Below are positions 34,520 to 43,975 of a stretch of 64,000 nucleotides of DNA, in pieces. The DNA lies in IMG/VR virus record IMGVR_UViG_3300036760_000522, positions 1 through 64,000 of that record; one strand, 5' to 3'. The translations under genes were made by a program, and so were the position numbers. Numbering within the stretch: the stretch's first letter is position 1; each line of letters begins with the position of its first letter. The notes under the pieces are model-generated. The model saw nothing but the letters and a program-made list of their open reading frames with translations, had not been told where the DNA came from and made no database searches.

Positions 34520-34733
34520 GCTCCCCTGGCGTGAACCCGTGTTCGGAGGCTAGAGCCATAAGGCAGTGAACAGCGGAGCGGAAAGCAGGGTCATCTTTCA
34601 TCCGTTGATCCGTGTCTCGGTAGTAGTTGCGGCTTCTCAACGAAGGCGCAATGTATCCATTACCTTCAATTATGAGGCACTGAGCACACTTTTCTCCCAA
34701 GATTGCAGGGCATCCACAGGTCTCACAGTTCAC
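34431..34733 (-). CDS. hypothetical protein
   Basis: DPAF...V...TPGEL...A pattern; overlaps end of helicase gene. Confidence 0.45.
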   Translation of the reverse strand: MNCETCGCPAILGEKCAQCLIIEGNGYIAPSLRSRNYYRDTDQRMKDDPAFRSAVHCLMALASEHGFTPGELKQTAFRAALELETRRHPASTPTTTPVRG

Positions 34734-34804
34734 GGTTCAGTCTCCAGATATGGTCGGAACAACGCCACAACTGCCACGTGACGTTCAATTTGTGATGACT
34801 CGTT

Positions 34805-35149
34805 TCATGTTTGTGCAGAAGCGACAGCATGCACAACTTCGAGTAGCGACGCAACAGATTCGTTTTTGGAAACCGTCAAGCCTTCGATCACAGGTATTTC
34901 GGTCCCTGTGTAGAAAATGAATCTGGCAGCGAGTTCAGGGTTGCTCGCCTTGACACGGTCACGGAGCTCGAGACCAGTGAGCCCCGGCATATCAACGTCG
35001 CTCACGACGACGTCGTAAGGAGACCCGTTCAATTCAAGCTCAGCTTCAAGACCGTTGGTACAGCTCGTCACATCGTAATGAGGGCTCAGAATCCTAACAA
35101 TGGTCCGTGTTACCATAGGGTCATCCTCGGCGATCAGGACGCGTTTCAT
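34805..35149 (-). CDS. stand-alone CheY-like response regulator receiver
   Basis: VLIAEDD, VVSDVDMPG (phospho-acceptor Asp), FYTG, VSK. Confidence 0.85.
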   Translation of the reverse strand: MKRVLIAEDDPMVTRTIVRILSPHYDVTSCTNGLEAELELNGSPYDVVVSDVDMPGLTGLELRDRVKASNPELAARFIFYTGTEIPVIEGLTVSKNESVASLLEVVHAVASAQT

Positions 35150-35203
35150 GATCTCAAACGGTTTCCTTGATTAGGTTGTTGATAAGAAATTTTGGCGTCT
35201 TAT

Positions 35204-35821
35204 CTAAGAGACCCCCGCATCAGAGGTCAAGTCGAATCGTGATCTCCGTAGAATCTCTTGCGCAACTGGGGCATAACTTTTCCTGTGTATGTGACACGGC
35301 CCAAGGGCACGTAATGCCCTTGCATGGTCCTCCGTTCCGTAGCCCACATTCTTTTCGAAGGTGTAACCAGGATAAGTTGCCGCGAGGGCTCGCATGATAC
35401 GGTCTCTTGTGACTTTGGCGAACACGCTGGCAATTGAGACCGCAGGCACTGTGTCATCGGCTTTGGGGATCCATTCGACGTTAAGATGTGCGAGTAAAAT
35501 CCGTGACGTAGGACTCACCACACCATCGAGGACGATCCGACTTTGAGGCTCAAGACTGTGTAGATGGAGAACGACGTCAGCGTGCGCCTTGCCTAAAGCG
35601 AATGCTATTCCAGCTCGATCAATCTCAGTGGATTCTACCAGGACTGTGTAGTGTTGGATCTTGTTGCGGTAGAGTTCGTAGATTGTCTCTCGTTCTTTTG
35701 GGGTCATCTTTTTGGAGTCTCGGACTCCAATGGCGCGCCAATCGTCAGACACGATGGCTCCGACGACACATAGAGGCCCGGCCCAGCTACCAAGTCCACA
35801 CTCGTCGACGCCGATGATCAT
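35204..35821 (-). CDS. rnhB: ribonuclease HII
   Basis: IGVDECG.G..AGP, DSKK, KAD...VSIASVFAKVTRD, GYGT..H. Confidence 0.92.
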   Translation of the reverse strand: MIIGVDECGLGSWAGPLCVVGAIVSDDWRAIGVRDSKKMTPKERETIYELYRNKIQHYTVLVESTEIDRAGIAFALGKAHADVVLHLHSLEPQSRIVLDGVVSPTSRILLAHLNVEWIPKADDTVPAVSIASVFAKVTRDRIMRALAATYPGYTFEKNVGYGTEDHARALRALGPCHIHRKSYAPVAQEILRRSRFDLTSDAGVS

Positions 35822-35824
35822 TTC

Positions 35825-36418
35825 TCAGTACGTTGCTCTGGGCGTGTTGGGTGACGGAGACGCTTTGAGTTGATACGTCGGCTTTGAAACCGCAGGCTGT
35901 TCCGGCACTACGGCCTCCTTTGCCTGCGGTTTAGGCTTTGGATCGTCGTCGGTGCTGGGAGGTACCTCTTCTTTTGCGGTCAAGTCTAGAATGCCCTCTT
36001 TGGTTACGAGCTTGGGCCCCGTCTCGTCGACCGTGATTTTTGGTTGTGTCTCGACGACGGCTTGTGTCGCCTGTGTCGATTTCTCAATACGAGCTTGAGC
36101 CCTGGAAAGATCCTCGTGTTTCTCGAGGAGTTCGTGGAGCTGACTCTTGATAGTGAAAACTTGTCCTACTGCAATGACGAGTGATACTAGACACAATATG
36201 AGCACTCCCGTGACCACCACCAACATGCTGGTGGCACGCCCGAATTTGAGCACCAAGGTTAGCAGGACGTTGGTGACCGCGTCCAATCCTGCGACGAACT
36301 TGTCAGCTGCTTTCACTGACGATCTGGCCGAGATCGGCTCTTCATCATCGTCAGTGACGTAATTCACTTTGATCGCTTCGATCGACTCTATCGAAGACGG
36401 CTTGAATTTCTCGGTCAC
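35825..36418 (-). CDS. membrane-anchored coiled-coil protein (lysis-cassette candidate)
   Basis: long hydrophobic helix, coiled segment, Pro-rich tail. Confidence 0.55.
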   Translation of the reverse strand: MTEKFKPSSIESIEAIKVNYVTDDDEEPISARSSVKAADKFVAGLDAVTNVLLTLVLKFGRATSMLVVVTGVLILCLVSLVIAVGQVFTIKSQLHELLEKHEDLSRAQARIEKSTQATQAVVETQPKITVDETGPKLVTKEGILDLTAKEEVPPSTDDDPKPKPQAKEAVVPEQPAVSKPTYQLKASPSPNTPRATY

Positions 36419-36621
36419 GATCCAGACCTTTCTACTTTGAGTGCAGGTAGGCGTCGTGCTGTAGACCGGATTAGACGCTCTCGAGCCTCGCGCATTTCAG
36501 CCGTTGCTTGTTGCAACGTTTGCTGACTCAATAATGCTTCTTGCAGTTGTGAGCGAAATTCACTGTCAACGGCTTTTCGCTCTTCCTTTTTGGGGCGTCT
36601 CCAGAAAGAAAACCAACTCAT
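36415..36621 (-). CDS. small coiled-coil protein
   Basis: MSWFSFW start with GAGG RBS. Confidence 0.5.
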   Translation of the reverse strand: MSWFSFWRRPKKEERKAVDSEFRSQLQEALLSQQTLQQATAEMREARERLIRSTARRLPALKVERSGS

Positions 36622-36625
36622 TTGC

Positions 36626-36961
36626 TCACCTCCTCTGTGGAAGTTGGCTGATCGCATTTCGAACTTGAATAAGCTCGTTCCTGAGTGTGTCAATTGCCCG
36701 CTCTTGGGCGCCGAGTACACCCTTGACTTCCGCTACCATGCCGGCTGTACTTCTGGCGGTCTCCACCGTCAAGTCAGCTGATGCTTTGGTGTGGTTCTGG
36801 AGCACGTCTGTCATGCTTCGCTGGTCTGACAGCTGGGCGTCCTTAGCCTTCATGAGCGCCCGGAACAGGACTACAACAGCTGCGAGCAGTAGAACGCAGA
36901 AAGCTCCGAGCACGCCTCGTTCGAGGAGCACGTTGAGGCTCTGAGTGCTGGCTTCGGTCAT
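36626..36961 (-). CDS. single-TM coiled-coil protein (holin/antiholin-like candidate)
   Basis: N-terminal TM helix; close to muralytic genes. Confidence 0.5.
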   Translation of the reverse strand: MTEASTQSLNVLLERGVLGAFCVLLLAAVVVLFRALMKAKDAQLSDQRSMTDVLQNHTKASADLTVETARSTAGMVAEVKGVLGAQERAIDTLRNELIQVRNAISQLPQRR

Positions 36962-37155
36962 CTTGCTGTAGTAACGGCCTTACTGATGTGCGACTTTACA
37001 GAGTCCCCGTTCCCGCCCGAAGTGTTGAACCTTCACTACCGTCTCCAAAATGCTGAGACACCGGAAGAGCAAGCGGCTCTGATAGAGGAGCTTGCAGAGT
37101 TGTCATCGATATGTACATGGAGGAGAATGAACTCACTTGGACTGAAACAGCTGTT

Positions 37156-38040
37156 TTAGACGCGTCGTCCAACTAGGTCACGATATCGGGCGGCGACTCG
37201 TTTCTTGAGCGCATCGATTCGCAAAGGATACGTGATACAGCAGCGTTGGTCCCGCTCGTCGCCAGCACCAAGATGGATTTCGTGTACGCCCCATTCGACT
37301 GGAGTGCTCAGGACTTGATCTGAAAATGACCCCTCGGTATAGCCGAGTGTGACGTGTGGTTTGTATTCTGGGAACTTCTTGCTGTATGCGATCCTGTAGT
37401 GGTCGAGTACGACGCACAGTCTTTCTTGCAGATAATGGATCTCTGGAGAATGAATACGACAGATTACAGGCGTCAAGCCGGAGTCATTTTTTGGAAACGT
37501 CGTGATCTCGTTAACTCTCACAGTGAATGGGGGAGTCGTGCTGACAACGTCGTATGCGGCTACCATGGCTTGCGCCACAGTCTCTAGAGGTACATCGTCT
37601 CCTAGGTAAACGAGCGTGATGTGTTTCCACTCCTCAACGTCGAGTTCGACGTTGGGCAGTGAAAGACCAGAGGTCAGCAGGCGCTCAGTTTCGTGTGGGA
37701 GTTTCGTGTAAAACAAAGCCATGAACGTTTCTCTTCCTCTGTTGTACCGAGAAGCTTCGATTGGTTTCCGGCTCTTCCACCTGCCACCGAAGCCTTTGTA
37801 TTGTTTGACAGCCCACGCGGATCCCTTCTGGCTAGGCCAACGACGGAAGCCTCGTCCGTGATTGGGAGCGTGGATGGTGCGTGGTCCTTTTGGTCCTGCA
37901 CGGGTCATTTCTCGACGATCACCTCGAGCAACAGCAAGAACTCGTTCCCAAAGAATGCTGTCCGTTGGTTCCCACTCGTCTGTGAAACCCGGCTTTGAAG
38001 GCGCGTTCTGTGCAGCCGTTGGTGTTAGAGCGTTAATCAC
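37156..38040 (-). CDS. 2H phosphoesterase (2'-5' RNA ligase/Acb1-like fold) with N-terminal extension
   Basis: two HxT motifs (KHITLVY, PHVTLGY). Confidence 0.8.
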   Translation of the reverse strand: MINALTPTAAQNAPSKPGFTDEWEPTDSILWERVLAVARGDRREMTRAGPKGPRTIHAPNHGRGFRRWPSQKGSAWAVKQYKGFGGRWKSRKPIEASRYNRGRETFMALFYTKLPHETERLLTSGLSLPNVELDVEEWKHITLVYLGDDVPLETVAQAMVAAYDVVSTTPPFTVRVNEITTFPKNDSGLTPVICRIHSPEIHYLQERLCVVLDHYRIAYSKKFPEYKPHVTLGYTEGSFSDQVLSTPVEWGVHEIHLGAGDERDQRCCITYPLRIDALKKRVAARYRDLVGRRV

Positions 38041-38072
38041 GTGGCGCTAATCGAGGAAGGACATAAACGGAA

Positions 38073-39212
38073 ATGACAACACCGGCGAACATCCAGTGGG
38101 GATCCTACAAGGAATTTGAAGGTCCGTTCTTTCGCGGAACACAAAAGTTCAAACTTCCGGACAACCCAACTGAGAGCCAACGAGTCGTGGGCGTCATTAC
38201 TGCAACCGAAGGCGGTTCGTACGACGCAATGAACCTGTACGACAGATGTATCATCAGCACAGGTTTACTGCAATGGTGTGAGGCGAATTATTTCCTTACC
38301 AGTAGTTTGCTCGGAGCTATTCTTCAAAAACAATCCTCATTGATGTCACATCTTCAGCCCGCGTTAGACGCTAGTAATGCGACCTTCCGCTTGAAGTCAG
38401 GCGACAAGTGGAGGTTTTACATTGGCAAGACCGATCCGGAAGAAGTCGACACGTTGCCTGAGCAACAGCGACTGTTCTTGTTGAACAGCGATGGGCACCT
38501 CGGTACGTGGGACGATGCTTCCAAGCAACATGCGAAATTGTGGGCGTCGTGTGTGGCAAACTTGCTTGCAGAGCCTGCGGCTCAAGCCATCCAAATTGAC
38601 TACACAGCCGCGCGAGTGCGGATGTTTGCCAGCACACAGGCCAAAGAGATCCTATTCAACGACCCGACTCCTTCGGAGAGTTGGTGTGGGGCGATGCGAG
38701 CTGGTTACTTGAGCTTTGCGGCGAACCTTCCAGCGGTCGCCAGCCGACACTTGATCAAGGCTGTAAGTGCGACGACGGCTACGAAGTGGAGCCCTGACTG
38801 GTGTTGTGCAGTCTTCCGCGAACTGACGTTCGGCCCGGGGATCGCGATCTACCCTCACCGATACAAGGCTATTCGTCCGGTTGTGGAGCAGCTCTATTCG
38901 GTTGACTTGCCGGACATGGCAGAAGATCTCAAGAACTGGAAGTCCGGGTTAGCCCAGACTGCTGACCTGTCTGAGGGAGCTCCTGACTTTACGGAGCCTC
39001 GAGAGATCCAACGACTTCTCATCGCATTAAAGTACGACCTCGGTCCTTCTGGGGCGGATGGAGTCTTTGGTAAGAAATCCAGAGAGGCCCTCAGCACCTT
39101 TCAGCGACTCAACGGGCTCACAGCGGACGGTATGCCCGGCTCTAATACCAGAGTCAAGCTCATCGCGTCGTGGGGCAAACTGAGCGCGGAAGAACTCGCT
39201 GTCGGACTGTAA
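38073..39212 (+). CDS. putative endolysin: lysozyme-like N-domain + peptidoglycan-binding domain
   Basis: ATEGG..D....D...STGLLQW; C-terminal IQRLL...ADGVFGKKS..A...FQ..NGL.ADG (PG_binding_1-like). Confidence 0.75.
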   Translation: MTTPANIQWGSYKEFEGPFFRGTQKFKLPDNPTESQRVVGVITATEGGSYDAMNLYDRCIISTGLLQWCEANYFLTSSLLGAILQKQSSLMSHLQPALDASNATFRLKSGDKWRFYIGKTDPEEVDTLPEQQRLFLLNSDGHLGTWDDASKQHAKLWASCVANLLAEPAAQAIQIDYTAARVRMFASTQAKEILFNDPTPSESWCGAMRAGYLSFAANLPAVASRHLIKAVSATTATKWSPDWCCAVFRELTFGPGIAIYPHRYKAIRPVVEQLYSVDLPDMAEDLKNWKSGLAQTADLSEGAPDFTEPREIQRLLIALKYDLGPSGADGVFGKKSREALSTFQRLNGLTADGMPGSNTRVKLIASWGKLSAEELAVGL

Positions 39213-39228
39213 GTTGTCCACAGATCAC

Positions 39229-39936
39229 TCACAACTTATGTGAGTGATCTGACTCAAATGGTTCACGTCTAGCAGTCTTGTCTGCGGCGAGCTGTGTCAC
39301 TACGTCCGCGTCGAGAAACGTTGGCTTGTGGTCATACCACCAACGACGTTCGGTGGTCATGCGATTTCGGCTTGCTGCAATCCCGTCAGTACAGTTACCT
39401 GCGGCGTAGACGCTCAACCGATTCTCGAATGGACTCTTACGGCATGTCGCGAAACTGGATCTCAAAATTCTCAAGCCGATTTCAAAGCAGAGCTTGCGGT
39501 CTTCGAGTAGTTCAGGACCGGTATACCCTGCGTGGATTTCTTCTGGAGGATCTCCCCACTTCGGTTGACGATTGTGTACTGCGTTCCAAGGACGTGTCCG
39601 GTCCTTGTCGATTTTGATCTGCATCAAACACCAGGACTTGCCGTCGTCTCCGCGACCGTACTTGCCTAGACCGTAGTCAACCTGTCGATGGAACTCACTC
39701 TCGTGCTTCATGACCGCCAACATCACACTCAGTGTGCGTGCACGTCCTTGGGACCCACGAAAAAGTGGTTTTGTGATCGGATCGTAAACAAATTCGACCA
39801 AGTCTTCGACGATCGAATCGTAGCGCGCTTGCGCCACTTCGACAGCTTCACGGCCTTCTGGCGCAACGGTGTGGAGCCCTGGTGGCGACGTGTTGACGAT
39901 GAACGCCAGGATCCAGATTTTCACTAATTCAAGCAT
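39229..39936 (-). CDS. lysozyme/transglycosylase-like protein with N-terminal hydrophobic segment
   Basis: AVMKHES.F (catalytic Glu candidate), GDDGKSWCLMQI. Confidence 0.6.
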   Translation of the reverse strand: MLELVKIWILAFIVNTSPPGLHTVAPEGREAVEVAQARYDSIVEDLVEFVYDPITKPLFRGSQGRARTLSVMLAVMKHESEFHRQVDYGLGKYGRGDDGKSWCLMQIKIDKDRTRPWNAVHNRQPKWGDPPEEIHAGYTGPELLEDRKLCFEIGLRILRSSFATCRKSPFENRLSVYAAGNCTDGIAASRNRMTTERRWWYDHKPTFLDADVVTQLAADKTARREPFESDHSHKL

Positions 39937-39950
39937 GTTCTCTCCATTCG

Positions 39951-40460
39951 GTGTTTGTAGATTACTCGATTACTCTCTCTTCTTTGTGGAACACCATGCC
40001 TTCACTTGCTAGGTTTCATTACTCGCTGTTACGCCAGCACCCTACACCAGATCAATTGAAGCTTTACGCTTCATTTCCCGAGTACAGAGGATTTTCCAAC
40101 ACCAAGAAGAACCGCGAGTTGTTTGTGTCCGCTTTTGTTACAGGTCTTTGGTTGACGCGTCACTGGGATCGCAGGAAAGCAGAATTTCGGCTTGTGGTGT
40201 TCGCAGTGCCCGAACACCACATGAGCTGGGCCACCGATTCGTTGGGCCAGCTCATTCGGTGCATCAAAAAAGTGAGATCGAAACGACCGTTGTATAAGAG
40301 ACGTCGTGGTGACCAGAACTTGCAAAACTCTTTGTCACACCTGTTGATCGGGAGCAACGTCTACTTTGCCACTAGTGAGCCTCCTTTCTGGGTTGCATTC
40401 GGATTTTCAAGTACGGCCCCGGCTCCAAAGTGGCTCAAGCACGCTTTGTTGAAACTGTGA
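39951..40460 (+). CDS. hypothetical protein
   Basis: ORF. Confidence 0.45.
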   Translation: MFVDYSITLSSLWNTMPSLARFHYSLLRQHPTPDQLKLYASFPEYRGFSNTKKNRELFVSAFVTGLWLTRHWDRRKAEFRLVVFAVPEHHMSWATDSLGQLIRCIKKVRSKRPLYKRRRGDQNLQNSLSHLLIGSNVYFATSEPPFWVAFGFSSTAPAPKWLKHALLKL

Positions 40461-41155
40461 CACACACAAGCTTGCGCGTTCTTGTCGAACAATGGCGTGA
40501 GGGGATTGGACGTGAAGGTTTTTGTCCATTCCTCGTAGTGCCTGCTTACGCTGTCCCATCGACGGCGATTGTTCTAGGCGACTGGTTAAGCTGCGGCTTA
40601 GTGAGTCGCTTTGCTACTTGTGTCTTACATGAGGACTTCGTTCGAGACCTCTCCCAATTGGATGAGACGTCAGTTGTCGACGACTTCCGAGATCTCGTCG
40701 ACCAGGGGGAGATTTACGGAGACGCCTTCAGATTTCTGTGGGAAATCAAATGCGAGCTTGCCGAGCAAAAGCCTGTCGACTCCTTGGTTCGAAACCTGTT
40801 GCAGTGGGCGTCTGGAAATATGACGAATCACGACGCTTTGTCTGCATTGGGGATCACCACGTTACCGACTACTGTCGTCGATCGCTTGGATGTTTTGTTT
40901 TTCCTGATCGGCCTTGGACAGCGCCATCGGCTTCTGCCGGCGTTGGTCGTAACTATTCCTGATGTGGTCCAAGCTCTGGAACATGAACAATCACACAATG
41001 AGTTGTTGATCTTCTGTACGTTGACAGAGCGTTGGGCCCGGTTGGGCGTAGCTGTTGGTGGTGTGTTGTCGACGGATGTGTTGTTGAGTCGAGACCTGAC
41101 AGATCGTTTGGCACCTTACGTAGCGCCCCAGCATCAGTCGATGACTGTGCACTGA
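40430..41155 (+). CDS. hypothetical protein
   Basis: ORF. Confidence 0.55.
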   Translation: MAQARFVETVTHTSLRVLVEQWREGIGREGFCPFLVVPAYAVPSTAIVLGDWLSCGLVSRFATCVLHEDFVRDLSQLDETSVVDDFRDLVDQGEIYGDAFRFLWEIKCELAEQKPVDSLVRNLLQWASGNMTNHDALSALGITTLPTTVVDRLDVLFFLIGLGQRHRLLPALVVTIPDVVQALEHEQSHNELLIFCTLTERWARLGVAVGGVLSTDVLLSRDLTDRLAPYVAPQHQSMTVH

Positions 41156-41172
41156 CGGTGTTTGAAGCCTCC

Positions 41173-42027
41173 ATGGCTCATCCATTTCTGAAATGGGTTG
41201 GGGGCAAGCGCCAACTGCTGCCGATCCTCCTCACGTACGTACCCGAGCAAGTTGAAGGCACGTACTACGAACCATTCATTGGGGGAGGTGCTTTGTTCTG
41301 GTCCTTGGTGAGCAGTGGTCGGATCAAGAAGGCCGTGATCAGTGATGTCAACGACGAGCTCGTTACCGCCTACAACATCGTACGATCGAAGCCCGACGAG
41401 TTGATACGCCTTCTGCAAAGCTGGCCACACACGTCAGATTTCTTCTACGAGCTTCGAGCAAACACAGACGCAAATGATCCTGTGTTTCGTACGGCTCGGA
41501 TGATCTATCTCAATAAGACAGGCTTCAACGGGCTTTACCGCGTCAATCGCTCAGGGCAGTTCAACGTTCCTTTCGGCAAGTACGCGAACCCGAAGATCTG
41601 CGATGACAAGAATTTGTTGGCTTGCAGCAAAGCACTACAAGACTGTCGAATCGAGGTTCGAGACTTTGAAGAGTCGGTCAGCGACGCCGCAGAGGGAGAC
41701 TTCGTCTACTTCGACCCTCCGTATGTGCCAGTCACTGCGACGAGCAACTTCACGAGCTACACGGACAAAGGGTTTGATGTTGACGATCAAGCCCGCGTAG
41801 CGAGTGTGGCGCAGCGGCTCGTTAGTCGAGGTGTTCAGGTCCTTGCATCCAACTCGGACATGCCGGCTGTCCATAGCTTATACTCCAGCTTTCATCGCAC
41901 CTCAGTACCAGCACGACGTAACCTGAATTCCAAAGCGGATGCGAGAGGCCCTGTGGCCGAGCTGGTGATCTCATCGCACTTTTCAACGCCTACGCTAAGC
42001 GATCAGTTTCTGGCGATGTGCCCTTGA
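41173..42027 (+). CDS. dam: Dam-family (D12 class) N6-adenine DNA methyltransferase
   Basis: PFLKWVGGKRQL, YEPFIGGGA, YLNKTGFNGLYRVN, VYFDPPY. Confidence 0.92.
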   Translation: MAHPFLKWVGGKRQLLPILLTYVPEQVEGTYYEPFIGGGALFWSLVSSGRIKKAVISDVNDELVTAYNIVRSKPDELIRLLQSWPHTSDFFYELRANTDANDPVFRTARMIYLNKTGFNGLYRVNRSGQFNVPFGKYANPKICDDKNLLACSKALQDCRIEVRDFEESVSDAAEGDFVYFDPPYVPVTATSNFTSYTDKGFDVDDQARVASVAQRLVSRGVQVLASNSDMPAVHSLYSSFHRTSVPARRNLNSKADARGPVAELVISSHFSTPTLSDQFLAMCP

Positions 42028-42064
42028 CTAGACTCGTGGAAAACACTAAACGCCGCATCACGCT

Positions 42065-42412
42065 ATGGAGCTGCTGCTGCGACGGTCTGTCGGTACTGAG
42101 GTTGCGTACGAGGTTGACGAGAACTGTCACTTGGACTTGGTAGGCGTTTTCGGAAACCGTTATGTCCCGCACGTACAGTGTGTCGTGTTAGGAGACGTCT
42201 CAATTGAAGACGACTTGGAGATTTTCAGAGCTGCCCCCAAACGACTTGCGGCCCTGGTTGAGTTGTTGACCGGCTTGCCGGTTCTTGAGTTCGATGGCGT
42301 CACGATTCGGGGACCTGATAATTTCGGTATTCGCCTAGACCGTGAGGCGTTTGCGAGAGGAAGAAGCACGCCTCCTCAAAGCGTAAGACAGACGTCAACG
42401 GTAGAGAATTGA
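42065..42412 (+). CDS. hypothetical protein
   Basis: ORF. Confidence 0.5.
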   Translation: MELLLRRSVGTEVAYEVDENCHLDLVGVFGNRYVPHVQCVVLGDVSIEDDLEIFRAAPKRLAALVELLTGLPVLEFDGVTIRGPDNFGIRLDREAFARGRSTPPQSVRQTSTVEN

Positions 42413-43972
42413 TCTATCGTACGTAACTGATATTCCAGTGCTGTCCTCGGTCTCTAGGGCATCGCTTTTTAGTACTTCTTGTGCGAACAAAACGTCTGTG
42501 AAAGCCTCATCTTCTGTGTTGAGTGCGTCCGCCGAGGCTTCGACTTCGTACCAGAAGTCTATGTGGAGACCGTCGCCTGCGTAAATCGTGTCGTAAACTT
42601 CGACCGCCGAGGCTTCGACTTCGTACCAGAAGTCTATGTGGAGACCGTCGCCTGCGTAAATCGTGTCGTAAACTTCGACCTCAATTTCGGTGACGGACAC
42701 AAAGAACGAAGCCCTAATGTAGTAGGTGTCGGAAACATGCGACGTGCTGATGTCGACGGTGTCCAGAAGAACGCGATCGTGTGTGAGACTGACGCCGCAC
42801 GTGTCACCAACACTGATCGTGTTGTCGATGTCGATCACACTCTCAGTGCCCGCTAGCGCACTGGTAATCTGATCCGCTACGGTTACAACGTCTTCAACTT
42901 TTCGATCACTTTGGCTCTCGATTACGACCAGTTCTGTGTGGCTGATACTGTCTTGGTTTTCTCGGCTGTAGGCTGTGTCAGCAGAAGTTGTGTCGCTTGC
43001 AGTGATCTCGTCGGTGATCGATCTGAAGTGTTCCAGGGAGACGTAATCTGTGATTGAAACTTCGTCGTTCAAGAACAGTGTTTCGACTACGGTTGTGTCG
43101 ACTAGCACCAATTCGTCAGACAGCGCTACGAACGTCTCACGTGAAATCGTGAAGCCGTCCAAGACACCTATGGTGTCTTGGACGACTCGATCGACAACAA
43201 CGTCAAATGTGGTCTGATCGGTTACTGTGAGCGCATCGTTCGTTTCCCGTAGATGTTCGGCGGATCGATCCGAGCTGTCTGTTGTTGAGAGACCATCTTG
43301 CAGGTTTAGGGACAGGTACAAACTCCGTAGAGTTTGGTCGCTGAAGTCTAAGGAATCCGTGACAATAGTCGCCAGATACAAGCTGAGGGCAGCTTGGTCC
43401 GTGAAGCTCGCCGTGTCTGTGTTCGTGACTTGCAGTGAGAGACTGGTTTGTGTTTGGTCAGTTGTGTTGAACGCATCTTCAGCAAGAACAGAGTAGACGA
43501 CCACGAGGTTGATCGTGATTTGATCACTTAGCACCAAAGAATCAGAAGCACTTGAGGTAACAGATAGATCGACGTTTGACTGATCTGTCAGGTCAACGAC
43601 TTCTTGGAGTACTCGGACGAAACTGCCTTCTGTGTTTAGGTTGTCTGTGAGCGCCAGGACTTCAGACAAAAGACGATCGGCTGCCAGGTCACGAGCGACA
43701 GTGTCTGCGCTGACAACTGTGTCTGTAGTCGACCGATCAAGTGTGGCGTTTGAGACCCCACTGTCCGTGACGGATAGTGTGTCGGTAGCTGATCGATCGT
43801 AGGTAAATTCGTTGGATACTTGGTCCGTCAGTGCGACAGTTTCATTGACGGAGACATCCAAAGCTGTGGCGGACGTCGATGATGTGTCAGGTAGAAGGCC
43901 GAGTTCCGCCGCAGCCCCGTCCCATAATTGGGACGAAGGCAACCCAATGTCGAATAGGCCGATGGCTGACAT
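42395..43972 (-). CDS. acidic ~20-aa-repeat protein (putative virion fibre)
   Basis: (F/Y)xRxxxDx(I/V)xxTD repeats, D/T/S/V-rich. Confidence 0.7.
   Translation of the reverse strand: MSAIGLFDIGLPSSQLWDGAAAELGLLPDTSSTSATALDVSVNETVALTDQVSNEFTYDRSATDTLSVTDSGVSNATLDRSTTDTVVSADTVARDLAADRLLSEVLALTDNLNTEGSFVRVLQEVVDLTDQSNVDLSVTSSASDSLVLSDQITINLVVVYSVLAEDAFNTTDQTQTSLSLQVTNTDTASFTDQAALSLYLATIVTDSLDFSDQTLRSLYLSLNLQDGLSTTDSSDRSAEHLRETNDALTVTDQTTFDVVVDRVVQDTIGVLDGFTISRETFVALSDELVLVDTTVVETLFLNDEVSITDYVSLEHFRSITDEITASDTTSADTAYSRENQDSISHTELVVIESQSDRKVEDVVTVADQITSALAGTESVIDIDNTISVGDTCGVSLTHDRVLLDTVDISTSHVSDTYYIRASFFVSVTEIEVEVYDTIYAGDGLHIDFWYEVEASAVEVYDTIYAGDGLHIDFWYEVEASADALNTEDEAFTDVLFAQEVLKSDALETEDSTGISVTYDRSILYR
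42529..42680. repeat. exact 75-bp tandem duplication (25 aa)
   Basis: VEVYDTIYAGDGLHIDFWYEVEASA encoded twice. Confidence 0.95.
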
Positions 43973-43975
43973 TAC

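Noticed and set aside
36849-36860. TTC + 9-nt match to the spacer at 9793 (ATGAGCGCC)
   Set aside because: About 0.2 such 12-nt hits expected by chance over all spacers; lies mid-gene
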